A stretch of DNA of 64,000 nucleotides from Zygnema circumcarinatum SAG 698-1b (Eukaryota; Plantae; Zygnematophyceae): positions 1,984,001 to 2,048,000 of the forward strand of contig CM074808.1 of the NCBI GenBank assembly GCA_037447605.1, read 5' to 3'. The position numbers were made by a program, and so were the translations under genes. Positions 26,423 to 39,561 of the stretch are shown piece by piece. Below the pieces are notes generated by a model that did no database searches, was not told the origin of the DNA, and saw only the letters and a list, made by a program, of their open reading frames with translations. The number at the start of each line of letters is the position of its first letter. Position 1 is the stretch's first letter.

Positions 26423-27321
26423 CCTAAGCTGAATGGTCGGCTACGACAACCCCGAAACTTGAACCCTGCAAACGGAATCATAAACCCTGAACAATAAAAT
26501 CTTGAACCCTGGACCATAAAATCTTGAACCCTGAACCCTAACTCTCGTAAACCCTATTACAAAGTAACCCTGAACTTTGCTCCGCCAGCATCTCGCCGAT
26601 TCTTGGAAACTAGACGATTTTGAACACTGCTGGCACTAATCCTACCCTTCCTATGAGAAAGGTGCGCACAAAACAAGGCTTACAACGACTCATTGGGCTA
26701 GATAACGAGTTGCCTCCTTCTGGCCTTTGCGACTCAATTCTGACACTTGCAAGCCTGCCATTTGGCACTCGAGCCATTGGCTCGAGTGAACCAGCAGCAG
26801 CAGCGTTGCTGTTCATTATTCCTCTGCCAACCTGTCCTGACTGCTTTGTGGTTTTCGCACTTCTTCCAACCATCGTGCCCACTTCGTGTGAATTACCCTC
26901 CCCCTCAGTTTTTGCATATTTATCAGAGTCCCTTGAGTCTTTATTTAACGCCCCAGCAATGGAAGTAGTTGGAAGGCTCAACCCTTTCCTTTACGTCATG
27001 TCGAATCCTCTCCAGGGGGTGTAGAGTATAGCAGAGGTCAGCGTTCAGAATTTAGAAGAGTTTCGGTTCAGGGTTTAGGGTTGGGGATCTAGGGTCCAAG
27101 GTCTAGCACAATTAGGGTGGTGGGTTTAGTAGAGTCAGGGTTCAGCGTTTATGGGTTAGGATTCGGGTGAAAGTTCAAGGTTTAAGAGAGTTAGGGTTCA
27201 AAATTCAGAGTTTCAAGTATAGGGTCTAGGGTACAGGGTTTGTTTTTTTAGCTTTACGGTTTAGGGTTAGAGTTCAGGGTGCTGGATTCAAATTCTGGGG
27301 TTTAGTAGCCGATCACTTAGG
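26423..27321. mobile_element. ~900-bp element with imperfect TIRs and inverted degenerate telomere-like (CCCTAAA / TTTAGGG) subterminal arrays
   Basis: Left end CCTAAG(CTGAA)TGGTCGGCTAC followed by (AACCCTG/AAACCCT)n to ~26575. Right end (TTCAGGG/TTTAGGG)n from ~27040, then GTAGCCGATCACTTAGG. TGAACCCTAACTCTCGTAAACC matches the reverse complement of 27179-27200 at 21/22 positions. Confidence 0.65.
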
Positions 27322-27524
27322 CCTACATCGGTAATGCGTATCTGCCGCCTGCACCTGCCTGGTCGTTCTCTGCAGAGAAGCCACGCCCTTATCGCAAATA
27401 CACCGTGTCCACGCACAGGACATGGAGCTGATTTCTAACAGGCTTTTTTTTTTGCTGGCGCGGTTGGTTCCTTGAAGTCGCGCGAGAGCTCTGACCATTC
27501 GCTAAAGAACAGGGGAATGGTAAT

Positions 27525-27668
27525 GTGGCATTGATCTCACGATGGCGAGGCCATAAAATGTACATGGACAAATGCAGCATGGGGAACCACGAGAAACTGA
27601 TAGCAAAGGACCTAAGGACAAAAGAAAAAGCTCGGAGCGGAAAGCTGCGCCTTGGCTCAACAAGCGCA
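27525..27668 (+). repeat. Dispersed repeat, copy 2 (see 158-305)
   Basis: Aligned by eye with 158-305. Confidence 0.8.
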
Positions 27669-28467
27669 GGGGATGGTCAAGAGAAGGGTGAGATTTTAAG
27701 ATTTGTACACAAGCGCCTGTCTCGGAGGTGCCAATCGTCCTATCCTTACCTCCTTGTTCAATCTTACTGCTTTAGTCATGCCATGGATGCTCGATGTCCT
27801 TGTCTCATAACCACCAGTTTCCGAGCTGACGCGCATCAGCTGTCTATTCCGCCATTGTCACCACAAAACCTCGGAATCGGGCAATTGGTAGCATTCAAAT
27901 CTCAGTAAGAAACCGTTCTCATTAAAATGCCGGAGTCAGACACCCCTCTAAACGAAGTCAAGGTGCTCAAGGAAGGGGTGCAACGAATACCCAGCTTAAG
28001 CTAGAGGACAAGGACGAAGATCGATTATTATTTCATTAGACGGTGGCCCCCCTACACTTAACGACTACCGTGTCGCTCTGCCTCATCATGGAGACCTTTG
28101 CTTTTTGCTGTCAAGGAACCGCACTAGCAAGTTATTGATAACAACTAGTTGCTACTAACCAGAAGGTCACAAGAAAGCGGAGAGCATCCTTGGAAACTGG
28201 ACTAGGAGCTGCACGAGAACGAAGAAGCTAACAATCTTCATGTCTGCCATGTCTCATTCTACATGTCTAGCCTAGCAATGTAGCCAGAATATGTGTGTTC
28301 ACGTCAGGAAAACACTAGTGGACTACCAGCAAGAGCATACCTTATGAGTATTTTAAAGAGCAATAGAATGCCGTCCATTATCTTGTTCCATGTGCTCAGA
28401 AGAAAATATTTCAGTAAAAACATGAATCGGCCAATTTCTAAGAGTTAATAATCTGTCGACATGCAGC

Positions 28468-30131
28468 TCAATAGCCACTTGCTGAGGAACTTGGTGGATC
28501 GAACAGATGACTCGAATGATGTGCCATAGCTGGCGTGCCATCCGGACTAGACAAGCGGACAGTGTTTTCGTTTCCTAAGCTCTCCTCAGACCACGGTCGG
28601 CACCGTTCCCCACCTTTGTCCTCATTTAAATGTCCCTCAAAAGCAGAGGATGAGAAGACATTAAGTCCAATCACGTTCTCAACATCCTCATTTGCTGAAG
28701 GGAAAGGCTGTCTCGTATTAGTCCCTCTGAAGTCCTCTTCTTCTGTAACAGAAGCGACTGTGGGAACAACTTCTTCCTCCTCCAGTGAGATTCGGCATAT
28801 CGGACAAGTGGTGTGAGAGACTAGCCATTCGTCAAGACAGGCGGAGTGGAAGTAATGCTTGCAAACAAGCAACTTAATGTCATCATGCGTGTTGTAATCG
28901 ACTAAACAGACAGAACACCTGCCAACAAAACATCCTTTTGTCAGAATCCACCATACAGGTTTGAATGCTGGTGCAGATTTGTAACACATCTACAATTGAT
29001 GCAGTCAAACCATCGGCTCCAAAAAAAGGGGAGAAAACCTTGCCAAGCTCCCCCAGCACTCCTTCCAAAGGTCCTGAACTCAGACATGCAAGTCGACTTA
29101 AGGACTAAACCAATTGCCTTGACCACGATGCGCCCACATGACCAGCGTCAAGTACCAATTTTCTTTTGTCACAGAAAACAAAACACAACTAACATCGTTA
29201 CTCTGACAACCAGCTGTCACAAGCTCTGTCATCTGCATCATGCATCAGTCAGCTGTCACAATGCAGGAGCCGTGCTCTATTTCATACGTTCGAGATAAGT
29301 GGCCACAAGGAGTATCAAGGCGGCCGTTGTACAGACAATCGACATCAGAACATTTTTCCGGGCAGTGCAGATGGGACTCACTGTAGGTCGTCTTCGTTTG
29401 AAAGTGTCAATTGGCTAAATGGTACTATTGGAAGAGCATCTATAACGGTCTGCTTCAGTCCACTCTGCAGAAATGCAAAAGAACAAAACAGATGGGAACA
29501 TTAAGGATGCTCAAAATTATTTCATGAAGTTAAGAATCCAGAGGCCAGTAAACCTAGAATGGCCATTACAAGCTCTACAGGCATTTGCTTGAACATACGC
29601 AAATTGAAATTGAAATTGTTATTTTCTAAATTGTGTACAGCAATATGGCTTGCCGATGCAAACTTCAGCTAAGATGAGAATGTAATTTTCCTGGCAGAAA
29701 AATTGGTACAAAAATTAAAAAAGCGGACACAAGAACGCTGATTCTACTAAATTAAAACTCTGCTCCAGCTACTCCCAGACCTTTTAACCCATAAAACCAC
29801 TTCCTTTTTCAGAATCTTGCTGTAAGCATTGCTGCATGTGGAGGAGGTGTATCGCTAATCTGCACTATGTAACAAAAATAATATCTTTTAATTAAGCCTA
29901 ATATCGAGCTTTCGAGGAAACATGCGACTTGAACCAAAAAATGGTAGTCTCCACTGGAGGTTGCCAACATACGAATTTCTCGTCCAGAGCTTGACGAAGG
30001 GCAATCATTCTGTGTATCCGTGCAATTTCCCGCCTCCTAAACTGCCGCCTTCGAATCGCTGTACAACATACGAATGCCATAGAAAGAGCCATAACCAAAA
30101 AACCCATGACAATAAAGCTTATAATTGCCAT
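28468..30131 (-). CDS. ATL-family RING-H2 E3 ubiquitin ligase; exons 30131-29973, 29464-29382, 28918-28468 (start may extend upstream)
   Basis: N-terminal TM helix IISFIVMGFLVMALSMAFVCC, a basic patch, GLD-like motif SGLKQTVIDALP, and RING-H2 CSVC...CKHYFHSACLDEWLVSHTTCPIC. Confidence 0.92.
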
Positions 30132-30663
30132 TAAAACGTCCGCTAATATCGACTTCTGCGCCTGTAATCCTCCAAGTCAGCAAGAGCTGCTGGCCTTGCA
30201 GCACAAAACAAGCACCTCCTCCTCGAGCAGACCAGCCCCTGCGACACTCCTGATGCAGCCCTCATGCAGCCCTCGTCCCCTTCCCGTCCAGAGCCGGGGA
30301 AAGGTGCCCCTTCCCCTTCCCCCCACTTTCCGCCATAGTCCTGCACCTCCCTCTGGCCTCGCCCTCCTCCCACTCTCCCGCCTTTCAGCCTTCCAAAGGG
30401 AAGCAAGCGACGTGGGCAAAGAAACGGCTGTACGATTTTTCCTCGTCGGACAAGATTCGTCCAATGAAAAATAGCCACGTGTGTGCAGTTGTACACGTGG
30501 AAAAACGCCACTGGATGATGCTCGAGTATGGGTGTGCCCCCATCGAGATGGGTCTCGTTAAAGGCACCCAAGTTGCCACGTTGGCGCCAGGTGGGTCGCT
30601 GCAGCGCGGGAGCCAGCCCCCTCCCCCCGCTTGGAGGGGGAGAGAGTGCAACTGCGGGAAGCC

Positions 30664-33600
30664 ATGGCGGCTTGGGCGCCATTAGCGGCAGTCGCTTCTG
30701 CAGAGCCTGTGCGCAGGTGCAGGCCCGTTTCATGCCTCGAGTGCATTTTACTCACTTGAAGCTGGCGAGATTGCGTTTTGTCCTCCAGGGTAATTAGTCT
30801 TGCAGCGCTTTTAGTACTAATGAAGGTTCCGGCTTTTGGTATTATTCTATGTAGCTCACGAATTGCAGGAGCCAGACCGGCTGCCTCGAAGACGGACTAT
30901 ATAGCTGGTAGACTTGCCTGGATGCAATCAGTTTGTATAAGCTGATTTCAAATTGGTGGCAATGCATCTGGCGGTGGGAATTTCAGGTTTGCGGTACTAG
31001 GTGGTGGATTTGCAGGAGTGGCCTTGACCTGGCATCTCTTGCAGGTACAGACTGTATGACCTTTTTTAGCTCCGGAAGATTAGAATGAAAAAACTTGCAC
31101 GTGATTTTTCGGAGTTGTGCTATAAGGTTTGGTTGTTTTGTTATACAGTATAGTCGAAAGAGTCGTAGTGAGTATTTCCAATGTACAGGATAGTTTTGGG
31201 AAACTGTTTTTCAAAATAACGTGGATGTCAATAAGATTAAGACCAGTGCTGATCCAGAAAATGGAACAGAATTGACCTGAAAGTGGTTATGCGTGAAGTG
31301 AGGAAACTCTCGTGGGCTGCCAGAAGCTGCACATTATGCAAACATTGAATCGAGTTGCATCGTTTCCATGCACGTGAAGGCGTGCAGGCTTATTCATTAA
31401 AGTTGGTGGAGCTTTTACAAGAATTGGATTCTTGTTGGATTTAATGATAAGCATGTCTAGTTCTGTACATATTTTCAATTGCAAAAAAGTAATCACTTTT
31501 ATTTCGTAGTTGTATTTAGATTGGAACAGAAACATGGCTCTGAACTTGATGTGTTGTTGAAGGCCTCGTAATGCTTGCACGAATGCTGCCATCAATCTAC
31601 AGTGGTTGTTGGCTTAAATTATGCCCGTAGCAGTCCCCTTCATATCGCAACACTGCACATTGAGCGGCCAACTATGATCCTTCATGATGCATAATTATCG
31701 AGCAACTCTGTTTCAGATATGTATGCTTCAAGTTGATCATGTTAAATGCATCCTTCACACGTAAATTTAGTTTTGACGGTCATTGATTGCTTGCTTTACG
31801 ATTTAGCGGATCCGGCCTTAGTACGTCTGTTTGGTTGCGGGACCCTGCTCGACAGCACACTGCGCCAGAATCAGCTGTCGCTGTGGATGTGTTTGATCGG
31901 GAGGGTGTAGGCGCAGGAGCCTCCGGAGCATCTGGAGGTTTGCTTCATCCTTTCTCTCCAAAAGGTAAGTGATTCCAAGCATGAGCTTTTGACCTAGGGT
32001 GAAATGGTTTGTTTTCTTCGGTGTCTATACTGTGTATGGGCGAAGCTGAGCAGCTAGTTGGTTTCCGTTGAAGGTCTTTCCCTCCTGCTTCTAACGAGCA
32101 GGCAACTATATAAGAGGACTGAAGCATGTCCTTGCGTGATGTCCGATGCCATCGTTACTCACAAGATCGAAGAGAAGTGCCAGAGTGCGTCACAGTCCCG
32201 CCAGCCTATTCATGCTTCCAAGTAGGGAAACGATTAGTCATAAGTACATGTAGCGGTGTCTCTTGAAAGCTCCTAGGTCCTACTCATTCAGTTCATTGCT
32301 TTGCTCATCTCATATGGCCTTTTCCTTTTCCTCTCTTAGCCTGTACAGCTTTGTCTGCTCTATGGTTTTAATTTTAGATTTGATAATGTGTGGTGCCTGC
32401 ACTCTTGCAGGCAAACCGCTTCTGTTTGGAGATGACGGGTGGAGGGCAGCCTTGGAGCTGCTTGCCGTTGCTGAGGCTGCAAATGCAGAGGACGCTGCAA
32501 GGGCAGGAGGTGACAGCTTGCGTGCGGAGACGTCACAGCCTTTGGCCTGGCATAGGTTCGTTGTCTGTCCATGCTGACAGAAGTTTAGAAAAGCAAGACA
32601 TAACCATCTTAGCTTTCACATGTATGGGATATGATATTTGAGTATGGGATTGTTTACCGCAGGTGTACATTATGCTGACCAATCTGGAGTTTTTTGGGGT
32701 TTCACTGCATGCAGAGGCCTGTTGCGACCTGCCACCATGGCCAAGCATGCAGATGACTTTCGTCAGGTATGTGGTGCCCCCTCTTGACTTCTCTGCACTT
32801 CGCATAGTTAGTGCTCAACTTTGTCAGATGCATTGGCACCTTAGGCGTAGTTCAATTTTGGAATTTTATCAAGCAAAAATCCGTTGCACTGTTAAAGTGG
32901 CGCTGTGGATTCTGAATGCACATAACGGGGAGTGGTGGCCAGTATGCTCAAGAAGCAGCAGATGAGACAGTAGCAATGGGTGGTTGTGCTGATGCTGCCT
33001 GCATATCCGGAAGAGCTGCAGCTGGTCTGCTTCCAGGGCTCACTGATATGCACGGGGCTGCCTTATTCCTTCCAAGAGGCATCACTTTGCATTCGCAGCG
33101 GTACCTGGAGGTAGACAAACTTTCTGATCTCCATTGATGCTGCCAGTCCTGCCAAGAGCGGTTGACTTATTCTCACTGTCTCTGGTTGCACGTGTTTCGT
33201 CCAGACTGTAGGTGCTCAACAGGCTGAGGAATGGTTAGGGTTTCATACTTGAAGAATGGGACAGGCTGGAAAGCAGCAGGCAGGGAGGGTGTTAATATAG
33301 CAGCTTATGGTAGGGGATGCATTTCCAAGCAGCTGGTTCTTTAACTGGTGATAGAAGCTGATGTGAATGGAATTTGAATACTCTGCCTGGATAAAAGGAT
33401 CTCGTCTAATCTTTAACTCTGGCATAGAGTGCACCTCCCATTTCTGAATGCTGCAGGCTCTCTGGCAAGCCTGCCAAAAGTCAGCGGCAGATGCCAGAAG
33501 CAGGGGTTGCCGGAACACTGCCGTAGCCCTGCACCTGCGCCATGTGGAATCCCTCGCTGAGTTGGATGCAGGTGAGAGCCCTGCCTATGCATTGTATAGG

Positions 33601-34975
33601 AAGTGGGAAGTGAGATCATCAAGGAGTTCAGGCATTTGGGATGAGTGGTGGCCTCTTATTTGGAGGATGTAGGATGTTAGTGGCCTTTGCATTGAAATAA
33701 TTACTGATACTATTTTTCTTTCTCAGGCTTTCTCTGACTGTATGGGGTTTGAGGCCCTGGCTTGATCTAAGCAATCAAATGATAACAGATGGGACAATAC
33801 GTAGGATGTTGCAATGGCATATTGAAGGTGAATGTTGCGAGTTGACAACCTTTGACTCCCTTTTTTCTGATAATGACTTCTAAGGACGCAAGGAAGGCCC
33901 AGAATATAGCTCTATACTTGTGTAGACTTCTGTCATTATTTTTTGTTTTTTTGTTTGCGAAGGCAAGTACCTCACAGAAGCGCGCTGCATTGCCGGTGCC
34001 CCTTCAGGTTTTGCCCTGTTGAACACGGTAAAGTTATAGGCTTTGACACGCCTTCAGCTTGAGAAACACGTGGCAGCTAATTACTGGAGCTTTGCGGATT
34101 TCGCAGGCGGTTACACTGCAGTTGCGGTCTGCCTTGGAGCAGCTGCTGTACAGCTGGCCGAGCTGGCAGGAAAGTTGCCTCTGCGCATGACACGGGGAGT
34201 AGTGCTGGAGATGCACCCCTCTAAGATGTGAGAGATTATCATCCTATTACAGCGTTTAAATGGCACATTGTCAATTTTTAGGTTGCATGCACAGCACCAG
34301 GATGGTGGGTACTGTTTGGAACCCTTGCCTAACTGAATTGAAGTGTTGGGGCGAGTACGCTCCCGCAACCCCTTGGCTCACACTATTTATTCTCTTGTCC
34401 CTGTCCTTAATGGTGCCATCAGGGGGAGGCCATACCCAGAGGAAAGTCCAAGTTTGCTTGGTGAAACTTGGCTTGCAGCGCACAGCACTGACAGAGTACT
34501 CTTAGGAGCCACAAAGGACGAAGGCAACGCTGATATGTGTCCAACCGTGTCGGAGGTTGAACGCATTGAAGCCTGTGAGAAGCTTCTTCCCAAAGCTTCT
34601 GCTCTATTTCCTCAAATCAGTGCTTGGCATGTGGCAGCAGCCAAGGCAGGAGTGCGAGCAATGCCTCCAAGAACAGCGCAGGGAGTCCTCCCTATCGTTG
34701 GATGTGTAGATCGCATTGTGGCGGGTGAACCAGAGAATATGGTGACACAGTGCGTGGAAGGGTTCGGGAGTCCGTCATTATCAAATGAGACTGGGCCCTG
34801 CAAATACTGGATAGTTGGAGGCTTAGGATCCAGGGGGCTAATCTACCATGCCTGGTTAGGTCGGCTGACTGCCCAAGCAATGGTAGCAGGGGATGAGCGG
34901 TTGCTGCCCCCCGAACTGACGCAGTGGATGAGGAAAACTAAGAAGAAACAGCGCCAGCGCCATCGCCAAGAGTGA
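30664..34975 (+). CDS. FAD-dependent oxidoreductase (DAO/glycine oxidase family, At2g22650-like), about 9 exons
   Basis: R|FAVLGGGFAGVALTWHLLQ (GxGxxG), GVGAGASGASGGLLHPFSPKG, AVCLGA, AGVRAMPP, YWIVGGLGSRGLIYHAWLG. Confidence 0.9.
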
Positions 34976-35276
34976 AACAGCCGGTCGGACGATTGTCAGA
35001 GCGCCGACTGCCATTGGCAGGCGTCCAATGTGGACTCATGCACATGAATAAGGACGAATAAAACTAACCGTGTGGGCTACAAGGTGGGTGGGCGATAGGA
35101 TCACGGTCGGTGTTTGATTTTCGAGGAGCAAGGTCTCAATATGAGAATGGCCATTTCATCAAACCTCGGGGTCTCCCTACAGGCACATTTCCGGCCGTGA
35201 CCAAATCGATGGAAATGAGATACTTTTGGGTCGCACCGACGTCGTGGCTCGAACATTTCCAACGGTAAAAGGAGGT

Positions 35277-35625
35277 TCGCCCGGCTGGAGGCGCACCACA
35301 ACATTACTCGAGGCATACCCAAATCTCACCGTTGCCAATTACAGGGCGCAAAAAACCTTAGAATAAAAAAACAAAAACCTCTTCTCTGTTTTGGCAAACG
35401 CGTGTGGTCGGCGCAACGACTCGCCGGCTGCCTTTTCGCCGACCCGTCACCCGGCACATGCGACGAATGCTGTTGGCAATAAGCCAGCTGGCCTGCGCAT
35501 TAAGGCGTACCGTGCAGTAGACTGTGTTCCGCGTCAGAGGTAAATCAAGCTGCGCCCTGTGATTGGCTGCCACGACGTTTGGGGCGTGCCTCGAGTGGTT
35601 TGATGTGTGCTTCTAACAGGGCAGT
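35277..35625. repeat. Degenerate inverted repeat (~75-bp arms), probably an old MITE, between two convergent genes
   Basis: TGCGCCCTGTGATTGGC...TTTGGGGCGTGCCTCGAGT (35551-35596) matches the reverse complement of ACTCGAGGCATACCCAAA...GCCAATTACAGGGCGCA (35306-35350). Confidence 0.55.
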
Positions 35626-36141
35626 CATGTCGAACTACTGTACTAGAGACTAGAGCGAGTGCCGACAGGACCACTGATCCTGATGGTTGATTGATCGGAT
35701 GATCAGGGTTGTGGGACTAGCAGATGGTAGCTCGTCATTTGATTTTCTAATTGTCGAGGGGCTCCCATTACACGGTGAAAGTTCTGCTCAAATTTCGATG
35801 TAGAAAGGTGAGACTTGCGCATCTTCTGGACAAAAGTTGGTGGTTGCTGTTCCAAAACATGCTCTTGAGAGTGGCGGAGCTTGTCAATGAAGAGAGCGCA
35901 GAATGAAACCACTCTCATGGGTGCACTGTAGAGGAACGAACTTCCACATTCCACAACAGACAACGAAAGGCCAACTTGGGTATTCTACAGGACCTGCATA
36001 TCTACAAAAGAAGTCTTCTGTCTACACTGTGACCAGATTGAGGCTTGGGAGAGACATATTGCTCGGCTACATGAACAGCTCAGAGGTGTCAGCGGTGATA
36101 AGGGCACCATGCTGCGGTTGCAAACAAACACAAGAACTACT

Positions 36142-38847
36142 TCATTCAGGTGCGGCTGCAGGACGCCGATTGAGGTACCGCAGGACGGCGTCCTCTACCC
36201 TGCACAAGATAAACCAAACCAAACCAAACCATTGCTCAAAAACAGAAAACAACAAGCTCAGACACTGGCTCTCCACTCAATCTCACAAGGCAGACGCCAA
36301 ACCCATTCAAGAGAATCCAAGCATGGCCCAAATTGACTGGCAACCACAGTTGAAGAGTGAAGGACTGCCCCCCCAACGCACCAGGGCTCCTTGTAGAAGT
36401 CGGAGTGCCGCTCCCGAGCCAGGTTGCGTCCAGTCTCGCCAGCAATCTGCCGGAGGTCCCTGTGCTGGGATGCCATGAGGCCATAAACGAAGTCTACTGG
36501 TGACTGGCTGAAGCCCAAAAAGAATGCCCTGCGTTTGCGATGTTCATTAATCTGCCTCACATCACGGGCTATGAGCTCATCTAGGAGGTCTATGTCACGA
36601 TGCTTCTCCAGACTGTTCAAGTAATCACTCATTTCTTTCTGAAGAGGCATTGGTGCATCCACATTGACATCATAGCAGGATTCGACTTTGAGAGTCGGAC
36701 CCGATAACCTTATCGGGTAGTCAATGCTTATGGGTGGCGGCGTCATGAGATGACTTTGCAGTTTGCTGGCTATTGAAGACATTTTGAGGCGAGCTTCTCC
36801 GAAGACCTCCTGCAAAGCCTGATCGCAGTTTATCATAGTTGGATCTGCAACAGCCTACAATACCAACAGCCCTTGTCAGAAACAAGCCAGAAGTTGCCTT
36901 GCCTTGGGATTCAGACAAAGGTTCCCTGAAGGGACTGCAGAGTCATCCGTCACAGACGATTAACCAGAGTACAACTTCAACAACAAGAAAAGCAACCATA
37001 AGCCACTATACAAGAAACTGACTTCTCTTTGTCATTCAGCAAAATTGCAAGAACATCGTGAAAGGGACGAAAGAGCAAGCCAAGACAACAACGGGACGAG
37101 CTTTCCAAAAAGTCAATTGGTTAATCAATTAAAACAGAAAAACATGGTTGACTTTCATAAATGAAGGCTCAGTTAGATATGATACAGAATATGACTTGTG
37201 CAAACCCCAATCTCTTCTTCACGTCTACTTGCTCACCTGTAATTTCTTCGCCTTAATATATTGCCACAATGCAGCAATTATTCGTGGTCGAGTCTCCAAA
37301 TTGACTCCCAAAAGTCCTGCCAGCTTTGGGGACAATTGATATCGTTGAGGCACGTAGTTAAGCTCCAATTGTATCCGCGCTGTAAAGTCCTTTGTTCCTG
37401 TTCGTTTAATCTCAAAACCTGTAACTGGTGCGACAGCTCTGGCTGCTTCCCATGAAACAACGGGTTTTTCTGGATAGAGAGTAGGATCCAATTCAACTGT
37501 CACCCGTTTCAGAAACGTTGAGAAAGGAGGAGACTCGGTTTTTGTGGTTTCCCGCGCTACCTCTGGCCCGGTACCACCTTCAGGCTTTTCCGCTTCGTGA
37601 TCCAAGCCTTCCTCTAGGAGCGTTCCCGAAATGCTAAGGGTCCAGGACGGCACATCTAAATCTGGAACCTGCGAGCCCTGATTCCGGTGACTACAAGTAA
37701 CGTATATTCTGAGGGTTCTAGGGACTCTGGGTGGATTCCTCAAGGCCTCTTGAATATCCAGTTTTTTCCTAGCAAGAGTTGCGTCGACCCTTTTCTCAAG
37801 TTCTACCAGCTGGTTGTAAATGGCTGATTCAGGCACAGTGGCTACAACTCTTTCTGGAATCTGTTTCTCAGCAGGCTTTCGCTTTTTCCTCCTGGGAGCC
37901 GGTGCAACCTCAGCTGTCCTTACAAGATTGGTTACTGTCTGCGCCGAAACAGAACCTAGCCCTTGCTTTTTGCGATGGCTTTTTGATCCAGCACTTACAT
38001 TTCCTGCGGCAGCAGGAGGAGTAACTGTACTCCCTGGACTCGTCGTTGCATTCGTGATCGGGGGAGTGGGTGAACGTGAGGGTTGACTTGGTTGAGCAGG
38101 TCGTACAGCAGTTTCAGGGATAGGTATTGGAGTGCCTGCAAATCTCGTTGTTCCAACACTGGGCGGCTTTACTGTTGACGAAGGTCGCGGAGGAAGCGGG
38201 GAGTTAATTCTGCCAGAGGCCAGTCCGTAGTTCCCGTGTTGCAAAGCACCTGCATAACCATTCTGATTCATTTCAGAAAGATAAACACAGGAGCAGCAAT
38301 ATGTAGCGATAGCCAAATACGTACAGGCCAAAACAACCAGCGTTGAGGAGTAACAAATAGGTTCATAAAGACGACGAAAGTACTTCAATGAAAACAGTGC
38401 TGCTTAGAATTCTTCATTGTTTGATATCGAGTAGATATTTGCTGTAACTGTTCATTAGAAATACTTTGAGAGTGAAGTAATTGAATACTGCGGCGCTACT
38501 GCCCGGTCTTTGGAGCAGAGGCCTTGTCCAATTTGTCGAAATAACATGGAGCTGACACTTAGCTCACTCGCCTGTGCCATTTGTCTAAAAATCGTCTACC
38601 CTGTCAGGCTAGGCAGGCAAAAGATGCAGGCTCTTTAAAATCGTTTACCTCCAGTTGGCTGGGTTGGTTGGCCCCTTCCTCCGTTTGCAGGAACAGAAAG
38701 TGTGGCATTGCTTGTTCCCACTCTTCCAGGTACAACAGCAGTCCCTGTGCCGACAGCTGGCGAGAAGCCAGGAAAAGGAATGGGCGATACTGACCCTGCA
38801 GGACCTGGCGAAGCATTTCGCCCCGTGCCTCGGCCAGACATGTTCAT
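36142..38847 (-). CDS. SWP73: SWI/SNF subunit BAF60/SWP73 (SWIB/MDM2 domain); exons 38847-38649, 38249-37237, 36854-36382, 36199-36142
   Basis: PESAIYNQLVELEKRVDATLARKKLDIQEAL, LSPKLAGLLGVNLETRPRIIAALWQYIKAKKLQ, HRKRRAFFLGFSQSPVDF, FYKEPW|VEDAVLRYLNRRP. Confidence 0.96.
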
Positions 38848-39561
38848 GGCTGTCAACTGGCAGACGAATGCTACACAAGAGCTGCTCTCTTCTGCTTTAT
38901 GCAAGCTTAAATCTCATTCCCGCTCAGTTTGCCCTCAAGAAAGATGAACTCCTCCGTATCCTCTCTCCCGCTCACTCTCAAGTTCGAGGGACGCCGCGCC
39001 TGCTTCCAAAAAGGCGCGCAGACGCGAGTACGGAGTAGTGCGCTTGTCTCGCTTCTTATGGCTGTGGCCGAGAGCGGAGGAAGCATGCCATGCCATGGCT
39101 CAAGGCTGCGGCTATTTTGCCTCTTAGAGGTTGCTCGTGGCTAATTATGGGGTGGCTCAGCTGACCTCTTGCCGTGGTCATGAGAGAGACAGAGAGGCGT
39201 ACGTGCAGTCCTTCCGCGGATCATTAGTGCGGGAGTCAGTGCGCGGCATCCAGTCTCAGTGCCATTTCCTCCTCTTTCAGCCCGCTTGCAACTGAAATTA
39301 ACAATGGTTTAGCTCCACTCAGTGGCTTGCTGTGGGATATGGCCCCTCACGTGTCGGCCTCTGGCAGAAAGTTTTTCAAAAAAGCCGGATAGTTTCCGTA
39401 AAGTGGTGACGGATACTGTGTTCCATACCTGCTGAATTATGACTTTCCCGGGAAGGCGAATAAGAAACCCCATCAACCAGTTGGATGAGGGTTAAAACGT
39501 GCTCTGTCATCCTGTACAACCAGACGAGGACTTGGAGACGATTGCGATAAGGGAAGAAGGA

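Noticed and set aside
27930-28095. Possible C/D box snoRNA on the minus strand (ATGATGA...CTGA)
   Set aside because: No terminal stem and no recognisable rRNA-complementary guide; the motifs are expected by chance.
30143-30733. 196-aa minus-strand ORF upstream of the RING gene
   Set aside because: It spans the GC-rich bidirectional promoter and overlaps the first exon of the FAD oxidoreductase; no recognisable homology.
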